Source of the DNA: Planctomycetota bacterium
GTDB lineage: Bacteria > Planctomycetota > MHYJ01 > WSZJ01
DNA: 64,000 bases
Assembly: GCA_038060895.1 (NCBI GenBank)
Contig: JBBTCT010000006.1
Location: forward strand, 7,403-71,402
Direction: 5' to 3'
Numbering within the stretch: the stretch's first letter is position 1; the number at the start of each line of letters is the position of its first letter. The notes beneath the pieces were generated by a model. It had not been told where the DNA came from. It worked only from the letters and a program-made list of their open reading frames with translations, and made no database searches. Shown piece by piece: positions 54,818 through 64,000 of this stretch. The position numbers and the translations under genes were made by a program.

Positions 54818-56689
54818 ATGCAGGTCCCACGGCTCATTGACGCGCCGCGTCAATTTCTCCTCTTCCTGTGCCTCGCGGCGGCCGCTTCCGCCGAGGACGC
54901 CTCCCGCCCGCCCGCGTTCTTCGCCGACGGCGACCTCTCCGTCGCGGCAGCACGCGAACGCGCGAAGGAGAAACCGTGGAGCGACCGGCTCCCGGACCTG
55001 AACGAATCGACGCACGGGAAGGCGCTTCTCTGGCTCCTGACAGGAGACGAAGAAGCAGCCAAGGCCGCGCTCGCGGACATGAAGGCCGCTTCCGTCGACG
55101 ACGGCTACGGGCTGAGCGAGCAGGGACCGATTCTCTGGCTGCCGCTGGCGCACGACTGGCTGCGGGACTGGAGCGGGTACTCGGCGGCGGACCGGAAGGA
55201 GACGGCGGGCAAGATCTCGAAAACGGCCGACGCGTGCGTAGAGTTTCTCAAGGGAACGGGGGACTCGGTGTGGCACACGTCGGCGCCGCGCGCGTGGATG
55301 GGCGTCTCGCTTGCGGCCGCGGCGCTCGACAACCCGGCGTACCTGAAGTTCGCGCGCGAATACTTTGAGAGCGTCTATTCGCCCGCCATGGCCGCGCTCG
55401 ACGGCGGGGCCGTCGCGGGACTGTCGTACGGCGTCTGCGAAGGCTTCGCGCCGGCCGCGCACGCGCTCTGGGCGCTGAAGTCGCGCGGCTACGACGGATT
55501 CGCGTACGCGAAAGCGCACGGAGACTGGCTCGCGGCGCGGCTCGCGTACATGGCGCACTCGGCAGCGCCCGACCTCACGTGGCAGCGGTGGGGCGATTGC
55601 GTCGCGGGGAGCCGGGCGTCGCTGAAGGAAGAAGCGCGCAACGTCGTGGACATGCTCGCGCTGGGGACGGGCGCGCCCGAGGGCGCGTGGCTTTCGAACC
55701 GGGTCGCGGCGCGCTATACGTTGAACGCGGGTTACCACTCGTGCGTTCTGCCGGACTTTTTCGTCTTCGGCCGGACGTGGCCCGGCGACGACGCGGCGCC
55801 GGGGCGGTTTCGCCTTTTCGGCCGCGAGGCCATCGGCCAGGCCTTCTTCCGAAGCGGCTGGGACGACGACTCGACCGCCGTTTTCTTCAAGGCCGGCGAT
55901 TACTTCGACAACCACGGCCACTTCGACCAGGGACACTTCACGATCTTCCGAAGCGGATGGCTCGCGCAGGATTCAGGCAACTACGGCGACTTCAACGCCG
56001 CGCACCGGCTGGAGTACGCGCGCAAGTCCATCGCGCACAACACCGTCGTCTTCGGCACCGACGCCGACGGCGGGCAGCGGATCGTGAACCGCCAGGACTT
56101 CCAGGACCTCGGGGACTGGCAAAAGAAAAAGCGAGCGCACAATCTCGAGGGCGCGGACATTACGGGGTGGCACGTCGCGGAGGGGTGGGCCTACGTTTCG
56201 GCGAACCTCGCGCCGGGATACGACCCGAAAGTCGTGGGGGCGTTCGTGCGAGAACTGGTCTGGCTCGACGAGGGCGTCCTGATTGTCCACGACCGCACGT
56301 CCTCGAAGGCCGCGCCGCGCTGGCTCCTGCACTCCACGCCGGAGCCGGCCATTGAAGGGAGCATGTTCACGATCACGACGGATGCCTCAAGGCTCAGCGG
56401 CCGCGTGCTGCTTCCCACGAAGCAGCGCGTCGCCAAGGTCGGCCCAGGCTGCCTCGTCGACGGGAAGGACTTCCCTCCGGACAAGACAGCGGACTACGCG
56501 GTGCCCGGCGCCTGGCGGGTCGAGGTGTCGGGAGGCGTGGAGTTCCTGGTCGTTCTGGTCGTGAGTGACGCGAAAGCGGAGGCGACGGAAGCGACGATCG
56601 TGAAGGACGGAGATGCGGTCGGCGTCGAAGTGGGAGGAAGGCGAGTTGTGTTCAGGAAGGACGGCGCGGCGCCCGTGACGGTCCGGTGA
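54818..56689 (+). CDS. Exported heparinase II/III-family lyase-like protein
   Basis: Signal peptide; RWGD, FFRSGW, HGHFDQGHFTI, AHNTV, RWLLH. Confidence 0.85.
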   Translation: MQVPRLIDAPRQFLLFLCLAAAASAEDASRPPAFFADGDLSVAAARERAKEKPWSDRLPDLNESTHGKALLWLLTGDEEAAKAALADMKAASVDDGYGLSEQGPILWLPLAHDWLRDWSGYSAADRKETAGKISKTADACVEFLKGTGDSVWHTSAPRAWMGVSLAAAALDNPAYLKFAREYFESVYSPAMAALDGGAVAGLSYGVCEGFAPAAHALWALKSRGYDGFAYAKAHGDWLAARLAYMAHSAAPDLTWQRWGDCVAGSRASLKEEARNVVDMLALGTGAPEGAWLSNRVAARYTLNAGYHSCVLPDFFVFGRTWPGDDAAPGRFRLFGREAIGQAFFRSGWDDDSTAVFFKAGDYFDNHGHFDQGHFTIFRSGWLAQDSGNYGDFNAAHRLEYARKSIAHNTVVFGTDADGGQRIVNRQDFQDLGDWQKKKRAHNLEGADITGWHVAEGWAYVSANLAPGYDPKVVGAFVRELVWLDEGVLIVHDRTSSKAAPRWLLHSTPEPAIEGSMFTITTDASRLSGRVLLPTKQRVAKVGPGCLVDGKDFPPDKTADYAVPGAWRVEVSGGVEFLVVLVVSDAKAEATEATIVKDGDAVGVEVGGRRVVFRKDGAAPVTVR

Positions 56690-56698
56690 GAAAATGTC

Positions 56699-57397
56699 CT
56701 ACTCGAGACGCTTGCCCCTTTCCCGAAGCAAGAGCCGAAGCAATTTGAGTTCCTTCTTCCCGGCCTGCTTCCTTGTTTCTGCGACCTGCGTCTTCATTTC
56801 CCGTTTCTTCTCCTGGCCGGGCTGCCAGGCAGGGTCTGGAATCTCCGTGATCACGGTGCGGCAGACGTACCAGATGCCGCGAATCCGGCTGAACACGTGC
56901 ATCGGGCCGTCGATTTCCACTTCATCCGGGTTCGGCGCCGGTTTCGATTTCCGCCCGAAGCGGGGCCTGAGCTGGAAGCAGAGGAGTCCGGTGCGGGGAT
57001 GCACGTAGTACTCGGGCGGATAGGACCCGAGCAAAGAGCCCTTCGCCCTCCAGAAGCCATCCGGCCGCTTCTCGACATGAAGCGCCACCCATCCGATCCG
57101 CCCGCAGATGTGCTCGATGACATGGGCATGGGTCGTTCTCCGCTTGTCGAAGGTCTGGCAGAGCTCGGAGTACACCTTGCTCCAGGGCCGGCCAACCTGC
57201 TTGCGCGTCCACCTGAGAACCGGACCGAGAAGATCCGAGAACATCTTGGTGCGGAGCTTCCCCCGTCCATCCTTCGTCGGGATGTTGTATTCGGCCTCAG
57301 GGCCTTCCCAGCGCACGGACATGCCGGTCTTCGCGTTCGGGTCCCGGTGGCCCCAGCGCGGGCGTTCCGTGATGACCTTGCCCATGTCGGCTCTCAT
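56699..57397 (-). CDS. Basic hypothetical protein
   Basis: MRADMGKVITERPR...FSDLLGP..RW...QVGRPW..VYSELC...YVHPRTGLL; protein-like composition. Confidence 0.7.
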   Translation of the reverse strand: MRADMGKVITERPRWGHRDPNAKTGMSVRWEGPEAEYNIPTKDGRGKLRTKMFSDLLGPVLRWTRKQVGRPWSKVYSELCQTFDKRRTTHAHVIEHICGRIGWVALHVEKRPDGFWRAKGSLLGSYPPEYYVHPRTGLLCFQLRPRFGRKSKPAPNPDEVEIDGPMHVFSRIRGIWYVCRTVITEIPDPAWQPGQEKKREMKTQVAETRKQAGKKELKLLRLLLRERGKRLE

Positions 57398-57472
57398 GGG
57401 TTTTCTAACACCCCGGGCAGGCTGCGGGTTCAGAGAGGGACTTCCGTGGCCAATCGATTTACGATGCGCCCC

Positions 57473-58192
57473 ATGATCCGCATCGCGCGAGCCTCCGAAA
57501 TCCCCCACTACGCCGACATCGAGCGCCTGCAGAAGGAAGTCTGGCAGTTCGAGGACCGGGAGATCATCCCGCGCAACGAGCTCATCACGATCGCGCGTAA
57601 CGGCGGCCTGGTGCTCGGTGCGTGGGACGACGAAGCGATGGTCGGGTTCGTCTTCGGGTTCCTGGGGCTGGACGGGAAGCGGCTCCAGCACGCTTCCCGG
57701 ATGGTCGCGGTCCTGCCCGAGTACCGGAACACGGGAGTCGGGCGAAAGCTCAAGGAAGCCCAGAGGAGAGCCGTGCTGCGCCAGGGTGTCTCGCTCATGA
57801 CGTGGACCTTCGACCCGCTTCAGTCCCGCAACGCCTTCTTCAACATGGCGGTCCTGGGCGGGACGGCGCGCGACTACATCGTCGACGCGTACGGGCCGTC
57901 GACGTCCGTCTTCAATCGCGGGCTCCCGACGGACCGCCTCCTCCTGCGATGGGAGCTCAAGAAGCCGCGCGGGCGGAAATACTCGCTCGCCGAGGCGAAG
58001 GCGCGCAAGACCGTCGCGGTCCCCGTGGACGTGAACTCGCTGATGAAATCCGACCCGGCGCGCGTTTCCGCCGAGCGCCTGCGCGTCCGGCGCGAGCTGA
58101 TGACGGCGTTCCGCGCGGGGTGGGAAATCGCGGGGTTCGCGAGCGACGGGACGACCGAGAGTCTCTACGTCCTCGGGAGAAAGCGGCGATGA
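57473..58192 (+). CDS. GNAT-family acetyltransferase (COG3375-like)
   Basis: GGLVLGA, MVAVLPEYRNTGVG..LK..QR, WTFDPLQ.RNA.FN, PTDRL. Confidence 0.88.
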   Translation: MIRIARASEIPHYADIERLQKEVWQFEDREIIPRNELITIARNGGLVLGAWDDEAMVGFVFGFLGLDGKRLQHASRMVAVLPEYRNTGVGRKLKEAQRRAVLRQGVSLMTWTFDPLQSRNAFFNMAVLGGTARDYIVDAYGPSTSVFNRGLPTDRLLLRWELKKPRGRKYSLAEAKARKTVAVPVDVNSLMKSDPARVSAERLRVRRELMTAFRAGWEIAGFASDGTTESLYVLGRKRR

Positions 58193-58992
58193 AGTGGGGC
58201 ACGGTCTACGCCACCGGCAGCGCGGGTGTCGAGTTCTACGATGCCTTCCACGAGCCGTCGCATGTCCCCGCCATGAAGGGCGACATTGCGTTCTACATCG
58301 GTTGCGCGCGCCGTTTCGGCGGGCCCGTGCTCGAACTCGCCGCGGGCACCGGCCGGGTGGCGCTTCCCATGGCCCAGGCCGGATTCGACGTGACGGGCAT
58401 CGACTTTTCGCCCGGGATGGTGAAGCGGGCGAAGGAAAAGGCGGCGAAGGCGGGGCTGAAGGGACCCATCCGCTTTCTCAAGGGGGACATGACGCGGTTC
58501 AACCTGCGCCGGAAGTTCGGGTTCATCTTCATCGCGTTCCGCTCCTTCCAGTCGATTCACACTCCCGCCGGGCAGCGTGCGTGCCTTTCGTGCATCCGCC
58601 GGCACCTGGCGCCGGGTGGCCGGCTGGCGGTGAATCTTTTCGACCCGAGGCTCGAGTACTGCCTTCCGGGCCGAAGCGAAGTCATCAGCCGGTACCGAAA
58701 AGCGGTGGATCGCGCGACGGGAAAGGTGTGCCGGCTGGAGGTTGAGGAGCGGAACAACGACGCGCTGCGGCAGATCCTGACGGAGAAGTGGCATTTCCAG
58801 GTTCGGGACCGGCGCGGAAAGCTGTTGCGGGAAGACGACCGGTGGCTCTCGATCCGGTGGACGTACCGGTGGGAGATGGCCCACCTGCTGGAACTGTGCG
58901 GGTTCGAAGTGGATGCGTGTTATGGAGATTTCATGAAGGGGCCGCCGCGGTACGGGGCGGAGCAAATTTGGGTGGCGAGGCCCGCGCTATGA
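58189..58992 (+). CDS. Class I SAM-dependent methyltransferase
   Basis: VLELAAGTGR, GIDFS..M, GDM, HLAPGG; ATGA overlap. Confidence 0.9.
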   Translation: MKWGTVYATGSAGVEFYDAFHEPSHVPAMKGDIAFYIGCARRFGGPVLELAAGTGRVALPMAQAGFDVTGIDFSPGMVKRAKEKAAKAGLKGPIRFLKGDMTRFNLRRKFGFIFIAFRSFQSIHTPAGQRACLSCIRRHLAPGGRLAVNLFDPRLEYCLPGRSEVISRYRKAVDRATGKVCRLEVEERNNDALRQILTEKWHFQVRDRRGKLLREDDRWLSIRWTYRWEMAHLLELCGFEVDACYGDFMKGPPRYGAEQIWVARPAL

Positions 58993-59229
58993 CGGGGCCC
59001 GGCACGGGTTGCCCGGCCGGGATTTCGGGCCTCTGAGAAGCGAGAAACTGTCCTCTTGAGCGTCTGAAATCAGGACGGTTGTCTCCATTCCAGGTGCCGC
59101 TCAACCCGCGTGTTTTATGCAACATATTGTCGCATAAGTACTTACAAAAAACACAAGAGTGGCACGAGGGTTGCTCTAATCCTACTCCGTCAGAATCAAA
59201 ACAAGACCGACCCAAACGGAGATAAGACC

Positions 59230-59538
59230 ATGAGAAGCCTCCTTTCACTCGTCACCCTGGCCGCGATCGTCCTCGGCGTCTATCACTTCTACGGCCAGTC
59301 GTTCAACCCGAAGCCGCTCGCCGACAAGCTCCAGAACGACCCGATCCTCAACCCGAATCACCCCGAGATCCAGGACAGCGCCCGCACGCTCAACTTCATC
59401 CAGCACGAGGCGGAGATGAAGCTGGCCGAAGCGAAGCGCCTGGCTGACGAGGCGCTCGCGCAGCCGGAAGCGGCGGCCAAGCGGGTGAAGGACGCCGTGA
59501 CGGCCGTTCGGTCGAAGCCCGCGAACAGCTCGAACTAG
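59230..59538 (+). CDS. Small membrane-anchored or exported hypothetical protein
   Basis: MRSLLSLVTLAAIVLGVYHFY hydrophobic N-terminus; GGAG upstream; GC3-rich codons. Confidence 0.75.
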   Translation: MRSLLSLVTLAAIVLGVYHFYGQSFNPKPLADKLQNDPILNPNHPEIQDSARTLNFIQHEAEMKLAEAKRLADEALAQPEAAAKRVKDAVTAVRSKPANSSN

Positions 59539-59557
59539 GCCCGACCCGACTCGAATC

Positions 59558-59587
59558 CAGGCGCCGCGGGACAACCTGCGGCGCCTG
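59558..59587. terminator. Hairpin between convergent genes
   Basis: CAGGCGCCGCGGG-ACAA-CCTGCGGCGCCTG. Confidence 0.7.
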
Positions 59588-59589
59588 TC

Positions 59590-60471
59590 TTATTGGGTGA
59601 GGAAGTGCATCAGAACGCCGCTGATCGCGCCGAGCACGCCGCCCCAGACCTCCAGCCAGCCGAGATGCTCGCTCGTCGCCCGCAGGACCAGCTCCTTGAT
59701 CTGCTTATCGGTGTACCCGTCCAGGTTGCCCTTCACGATCGTCTCGACGTCGATCCGCGCCAGCGTCGCCTCGAGCATCCCTTCAGCCATCGGGCGCAAC
59801 CGTTCCTCGAGCGCCTTCGCTTCCACGCTCCCCGCCGCAGGGACGCGTTCGGCGAGCTCGCGAATTCTCGCCTTGGCATCCGGGTCGCTCGGCAGATCCG
59901 TGAGAAACGCGTGCGCCGTGTCCACGATGGCATTGCCGACCGCGTCGGGATCGACCAGCGCGCGCGCGAAAAAGCCCTTCTCCCGGATTCCGTCCGCCAG
60001 GCGCCGCCGCAACTGTTCACGGACGCGCGGACTGCGGACCATCTCGCGCCCGCGGGACGAAACTTCCTCGAGAATCTTGCCTACCATCGTGTCGTCCGAT
60101 GAAGCGCGCCGCAGGCGGTCGCGCGCAACCTCCACCAGCGCGGCCACAAAGTCGCTCTTCAGCACCTGCTCCTTGAGCGCTCCCGGCTGCACCAGCTTGT
60201 TCGCGACCGAGTGCGAAATCGCGGCGATCAGCGCTTCGCGTTTGGCCGGGATGACCCCCGTGAACGGAATTGGGATGCCGAGGATCCTGAAGCGATCGAA
60301 GAGCATCCGGATGGCGACGGCGTTCGTGCCCCATCCGACGAAGGCTGCGCTGCCCACAAGGAACACCGCGCGCTTCCAGGGTTCCGGCAGGGCGAAGGAA
60401 ATCCCTGCCAGCGCGGCGCTTACGATGCCCGTCACAGGTCCCTTCCAGTCCGCTTTCCGGGTGTCGCTCAA
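59590..60471 (-). CDS. DUF445 family membrane protein
   Basis: VGWGTN.VAIRMLF, GVIP...E; C-terminal L.WLEVWGGVLG..SG. Confidence 0.88.
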   Translation of the reverse strand: MSDTRKADWKGPVTGIVSAALAGISFALPEPWKRAVFLVGSAAFVGWGTNAVAIRMLFDRFRILGIPIPFTGVIPAKREALIAAISHSVANKLVQPGALKEQVLKSDFVAALVEVARDRLRRASSDDTMVGKILEEVSSRGREMVRSPRVREQLRRRLADGIREKGFFARALVDPDAVGNAIVDTAHAFLTDLPSDPDAKARIRELAERVPAAGSVEAKALEERLRPMAEGMLEATLARIDVETIVKGNLDGYTDKQIKELVLRATSEHLGWLEVWGGVLGAISGVLMHFLTQ

Positions 60472-60554
60472 GGCCAGCCAAAAATATCAGAATTCGTCAA
60501 GAAACCGAAAATTTGTCGAATATGCCGGGGGCGCTTGAGCGTTAAAATACAGGA

Positions 60555-60735
60555 AGTACGGGAAGGCGAACGAGCCTTCCCCCCAACATTGAAAATCGGG
60601 CTGTGCAGGACCGGGAGTCTCACCCCCTCTCAATACCCCCAACGTTCCCTCCCAATTTGCCATCGCAGAGGCTTCCGGTCCGCCAGCTCCACGCCCCGTA
60701 TTTGCGGGGTTCAAAAGGCGGCGGCCCCCCCGGGC
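60555..60735 (+). ncRNA. ssrS: Probable 6S RNA
   Basis: About 180 nt. Closing stem 60559-60584/60706-60732, central bubble (AACATTGAAAATC / CACGCCCCGTATTTGC), inner stem 60598-60621/60668-60689 with G-U pairs on the + strand, GGGTTCAA...GCGGCGGC 3' motif; TAAAAT at 60543; terminator follows. Confidence 0.7.
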
Positions 60736-60748
60736 TGCCGCCACTTTT
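60717..60748 (+). terminator. Rho-independent terminator
   Basis: GGCGGCGGCCC / GGGCTGCCGCC stem followed by ACTTTTG. Confidence 0.7.
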
Positions 60749-60843
60749 GTTTGCCGCGGCCGATTTGACCGGTGGCATCGTTCGTACAAGAGGCGGGTGA
60801 CGCGCCTTCCATTTGCAGTCAAAATGGGATTCGAGGGGGAACC

Positions 60844-61794
60844 ATGGCCACGAAACGCGATTACTACGAAGTCCTCGGCGTCGCCAAAACCGCGACCGAC
60901 GACGACATCAAGAAGGCGTTCCGCAAGCTGGCGCGGCGCTACCACCCGGACGTCAATCCCGGGGACAAGACCGCTGAAACCAAGTTCAAGGAGATTGCCG
61001 AGGCTTACGAGGTGCTCTCCGACAAGAAGAAGCGGGAAACCTACGACCGCTTCGGCCATGCCGCCCCGCAAGCGAGCGGCCCCGGCGGCTTCCCGGGAGG
61101 GTTTCCCGGCGGCGGACAGCCGTTTGAGTACCGCTTCGACGGCGACCCCTCCCAGTTCTCGTCCTTCGAGGACCTTTTCTCCGGCCTCTTCGGCGGCGGC
61201 GGCCGCCGGCGTCGCGGCGGCTCGCCGTTCGGGACGGCCATCGCGGAGGACGGCGAGGACATCCTGGCCGAGATGGAAATCGATTTCATGGAAGCGCTTC
61301 GCGGCGTCGTGAAAGTGCTGACGCTCGAGTCGTCGAGCGGGCGCGAGACGGTGAAAGTGAAGGTCCCGGCGGGAATTGGCGATGGCCAGAAGATCCGGCT
61401 GGCGGGGAAGGGGCATCCCGGGACTTCGGGAGGGGAGCCCGGCGACCTCTATATCAAGCTGAGCGTGAGGCCGCACCCGGTGCTCGGGCGGGACGGCGCG
61501 AATCTGACGATGGACGTGCCCGTGACCGTCGGCGAAGCGATCAACGGTGCGGCCATCGACGTTCCGACTCCGTGGGGGGACGTGAAGCTGAAAGTCCCGG
61601 CGGGCGTCAAAACCGGCCAGTCGCTGCGGCTGCGCGGCATGGGTGCGCCGATTCCCGGCCAGGACGTGAAGGGCGACATGCACGTGAAACTGAAGATCGT
61701 GCTCCCGGAGAATGCGACACCGGAGGCGAAAGCCGCCGCGCAGGTCATCGACAAGGCGTACAGCGGATCCGTGCGCTCCGGGTTGAAGTTCTAG
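60844..61794 (+). CDS. DnaJ class B (CbpA-like) co-chaperone
   Basis: [14 protein letters not shown]-domain, G/F-rich linker, DnaJ C-terminal domain, no Zn finger. Confidence 0.93.
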   Translation: MATKRDYYEVLGVAKTATDDDIKKAFRKLARRYHPDVNPGDKTAETKFKEIAEAYEVLSDKKKRETYDRFGHAAPQASGPGGFPGGFPGGGQPFEYRFDGDPSQFSSFEDLFSGLFGGGGRRRRGGSPFGTAIAEDGEDILAEMEIDFMEALRGVVKVLTLESSSGRETVKVKVPAGIGDGQKIRLAGKGHPGTSGGEPGDLYIKLSVRPHPVLGRDGANLTMDVPVTVGEAINGAAIDVPTPWGDVKLKVPAGVKTGQSLRLRGMGAPIPGQDVKGDMHVKLKIVLPENATPEAKAAAQVIDKAYSGSVRSGLKF

Positions 61795-61894
61795 GCCGCC
61801 CCGCGAAGCCGCGTCTCTGCAGGGCCTGCCGGCCAGAAATTGAGAGAAGCGCCGGAGCGATCGCCCCGGCGCCTCTCGCCTCTCTGACTTGACA

Positions 61895-61927
61895 CTGCTC
61901 AATCCTCAACACTCAAGACTCTCAACT
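61895..61927. repeat. Degenerate heptamer repeats (CTCAAxx)
   Basis: ctcaatc ctcaaca ctcaaga ct ctcaact immediately after the flotillin stop. Confidence 0.55.
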
Positions 61928-63485
61928 AGGCCTTCTTCGCCGGATCCACCGGCTTCGCGTCAACAACCTTGGCCTGACCGCTCAGTCCGGGCACCCGCTT
62001 GATCAGTTCCTTCAGGTCCACGCCCGACAGGCTTTCGATCAGCGGCGGAAGCTGTGCGACGACGTTGATGACGTCCTGCGTCACCTTGCTCGCGCCCAGC
62101 CCGTCGCCTCCCGTCGAGATGATCGTGATCTTGTCGGTCTTGCTGAGCGGCTCGGCTACCGCGCGGACGACCTCGGGGAGCTTCTCGATCAGCATCTGCA
62201 TCACGGCCGCCTCGTTGTACTTCGACCAGGCCTCGGCCTTGCGCTGCATGGCCTGCGCTTCGGCTTCGCCTTTCGCCTTGATGACCTCGGCTTCCGCAAG
62301 ACCCTTGGCGCGTTCGACCTCGGCCAGGGCAAGACCCGTCGCCTTCTGGACTTCCGCCGCCGCGAGACCTTTCGCCTTCTCCGCGTCGGCCATGCCGAAC
62401 CCCAGGCTCTTCTGGGCCTCGGCCTGTCCTTTTGCCTCCGTCATCAGCTTGTACTGCGTGCCTTCGGCGATCGTGCGGATCCGGTACTGCTCGGCGTCCG
62501 CGGGCTTGCGGATCGTCGCTTCCAGCTCCTTCTCCCGCCTCGCGATTTCCTTGCCTTGCAGGTCGATCATCCGCTCCTTCTCGACGAGCATGACCTGCAG
62601 CTCCTGCTCCTTCACGAGCTGCGCGGTCTTGAACTTCTGAAGGTCGTACGCCAGGTCGCTTTCGGCTTTCTTCTGGTTCACGGCCGCGGCGAAGTCGGCC
62701 TGCTTCATCTGCAGGTCGCGCTGCGCCTCGCTGATCTTCGCGTCCGCTCCCAGCTTGACCTCCGCCCCGGCCTGGTTGGCGAGCGCCGACTTCTGCGTCG
62801 CCTCGCTGTCCGCCTGCGACTGCGCGATGATCGCGTCACGACGGACCTGCGCGATCCGCGGCTTGCCCAGGGCCTCGAGGTACCCCTGGTTGTCACGGAT
62901 GTCCCGCAGCGTGAAGCTGATGATCTCCAGGCCCATGAGCAGCAGGTCCGTCGCCGCCACCTGCTGCACTTCCTGCGCGAACTTGTCCCGGTTCTTGTAG
63001 ATCTCTTCGACCGTCAACGTGCCGACGATCGCCCGCAAGTGCCCTTCCAGCGTCTGAAGCGCAACCTCCATCATCTCCGCCCGCGTCTTCGACAGAAACT
63101 GCTCCGCCGCCGTCGCGATCGAGGTCTCGTCGCTCTTCACCTTCACCTGCGCCACGCCGTCCACCATCACGGGCACGCCCGTCGAGGTGTAGATTTCCGG
63201 CGTCTTCACGTCGATCGTCATCATTTCCAGCGAAATCCGCTGCGCCTCTTCGAACACAGGCCACACGAACGTCGCGCCGCCCTTCACGATCCGGAACCCG
63301 ATCGAGCGCGCTCCCTGCGCCGTCTGCATCGTCCGCTGGCGGCCCGAGATGATGAGCGCTTCGTTCGGCCCCACCTTCACGTACCGGCTCGCGAAGATCG
63401 CGAACCCCAGGAAAAAGACGACGACAAGCACCCCGCCCGCGATGAGGGCGTTGGGTGGAAGAGCTGCCAGCAACTGGATGGTCAT
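61926..63485 (-). CDS. Flotillin (SPFH domain) protein, FloT/YuaG-like
   Basis: PNEALIISG, GVPV.VDGVAQVK, LEGHLRAI.G.LT.EEI, GYL.ALG, EA-rich coiled coil. Confidence 0.95.
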   Translation of the reverse strand: MTIQLLAALPPNALIAGGVLVVVFFLGFAIFASRYVKVGPNEALIISGRQRTMQTAQGARSIGFRIVKGGATFVWPVFEEAQRISLEMMTIDVKTPEIYTSTGVPVMVDGVAQVKVKSDETSIATAAEQFLSKTRAEMMEVALQTLEGHLRAIVGTLTVEEIYKNRDKFAQEVQQVAATDLLLMGLEIISFTLRDIRDNQGYLEALGKPRIAQVRRDAIIAQSQADSEATQKSALANQAGAEVKLGADAKISEAQRDLQMKQADFAAAVNQKKAESDLAYDLQKFKTAQLVKEQELQVMLVEKERMIDLQGKEIARREKELEATIRKPADAEQYRIRTIAEGTQYKLMTEAKGQAEAQKSLGFGMADAEKAKGLAAAEVQKATGLALAEVERAKGLAEAEVIKAKGEAEAQAMQRKAEAWSKYNEAAVMQMLIEKLPEVVRAVAEPLSKTDKITIISTGGDGLGASKVTQDVINVVAQLPPLIESLSGVDLKELIKRVPGLSGQAKVVDAKPVDPAKKA

Positions 63486-63545
63486 GTCATTCCCTCCGAT
63501 TGTGCGCCGTAGTTTTTGAGAAGCGCGCCCTGAGCCGCGCTTCGT

Positions 63546-64000
63546 TTATTTGGCGACGACGATGAAGACCTGCCCGTCCCGTTCGCGGATGACGACGGTC
63601 GTGCCCTGCGGGATTTCGGAGCCGGACATCGCCCTGGCCGGGGCCGAGAAGCGGCTCCCGGCGACTTCGTAGGAGATCTTCCCGGTACCACCGGCAGGAA
63701 TCGTGATCGCGATCTGCGCCTCGATCCCGAGGATTTCGCTTTCGCGCGCGTGGCTCGTGGCGATGGTCTTCTTGAAGATGAACGCCATGGCCGAAGCGAT
63801 CAGGGCGGCGAAGACGACGCCGCTGACGGCCGCGATGGCGAGGCTGAACGCCGGGTGGCGGTCCTTGAGGACTTCCTGCCCGATCATCCCGCCGGCACCG
63901 AACGCGGTGAGAAAGATGGCGATGGCGATGGGGGAGAAGAGCGGGAAATGGAGGGAGTGGTCGCCGGAGTCGTGGCCGCCATCGCCACCGTGGCCCGTGT
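63546..64000 (-). CDS. NfeD-like (YuaF-type) membrane protein, 5' end outside the window
   Basis: His/Gly/Asp-rich loop, FSP..IA.FLT.FGAGG, TM segments, C-terminal OB-fold IP.G.TVVI; directly upstream of flotillin. Confidence 0.88.
   Translation of the reverse strand, partial: TGHGGDGGHDSGDHSLHFPLFSPIAIAIFLTAFGAGGMIGQEVLKDRHPAFSLAIAAVSGVVFAALIASAMAFIFKKTIATSHARESEILGIEAQIAITIPAGGTGKISYEVAGSRFSAPARAMSGSEIPQGTTVVIRERDGQVFIVVAK

Noticed and set aside
59128-59152. dif (XerCD) site
   Set aside because: GTCGCATAA resembles the XerC arm, but there is no TTATGTTAAAT-like XerD arm at 6-bp spacing.
1387-63512. Many long overlapping or antisense ORFs in the track (e.g. 1387-3588, 1773-4010, 8513-10432, 17762-20338, 35234-37789, 47995-49935)
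   Set aside because: Arg/Pro/Ala-rich shadow frames of real genes, expected in high-GC DNA; no recognisable motifs.

Overview
GC-rich bacterial chromosome window. Gene content (large Ser/Thr kinase fusions, many HEAT/TPR exported proteins) suggests a Planctomycetota-like organism; this is inference. No rRNA, tRNA, CRISPR array, integrase or transposase was seen. Main results: (1) Two genes that the ORF track splits at in-frame TGA codons read through as selenoproteins, each TGA followed by a SECIS-like hairpin. One (7572-8540) has two Cys-Sec pairs and aligns without gaps to the animal Selenoprotein N active-site region. The other (39159-40499) is an exported thioredoxin-fold/HEAT protein with a UxxS motif. 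(2) Six paralogous stand-alone TPR genes, plus a 7-codon stump of a seventh, all begin at YxFRHALLRDAAY, a motif normally internal to STAND NTPases. They may be interchangeable sensor halves of a split NLR-like system. (3) A ~17-kb block interrupts that array. It carries a CHAT / 59-aa protein / caspase / alpha-beta hydrolase operon, a subtilase-PHP fusion lipoprotein and a 429-bp direct repeat. (4) Two four-helix-bundle genes are enclosed by 65-bp inverted heptamer-built arms. (5) The window also holds an ssb/ERCC4 cluster, a probable 6S RNA, REP-like palindromes and recurrent leaderless-type -10 boxes. The right third is mostly ordinary genes (DUF72, DAG kinase, heparinase, GNAT, methyltransferase, DUF445, DnaJ-class protein, flotillin/NfeD).
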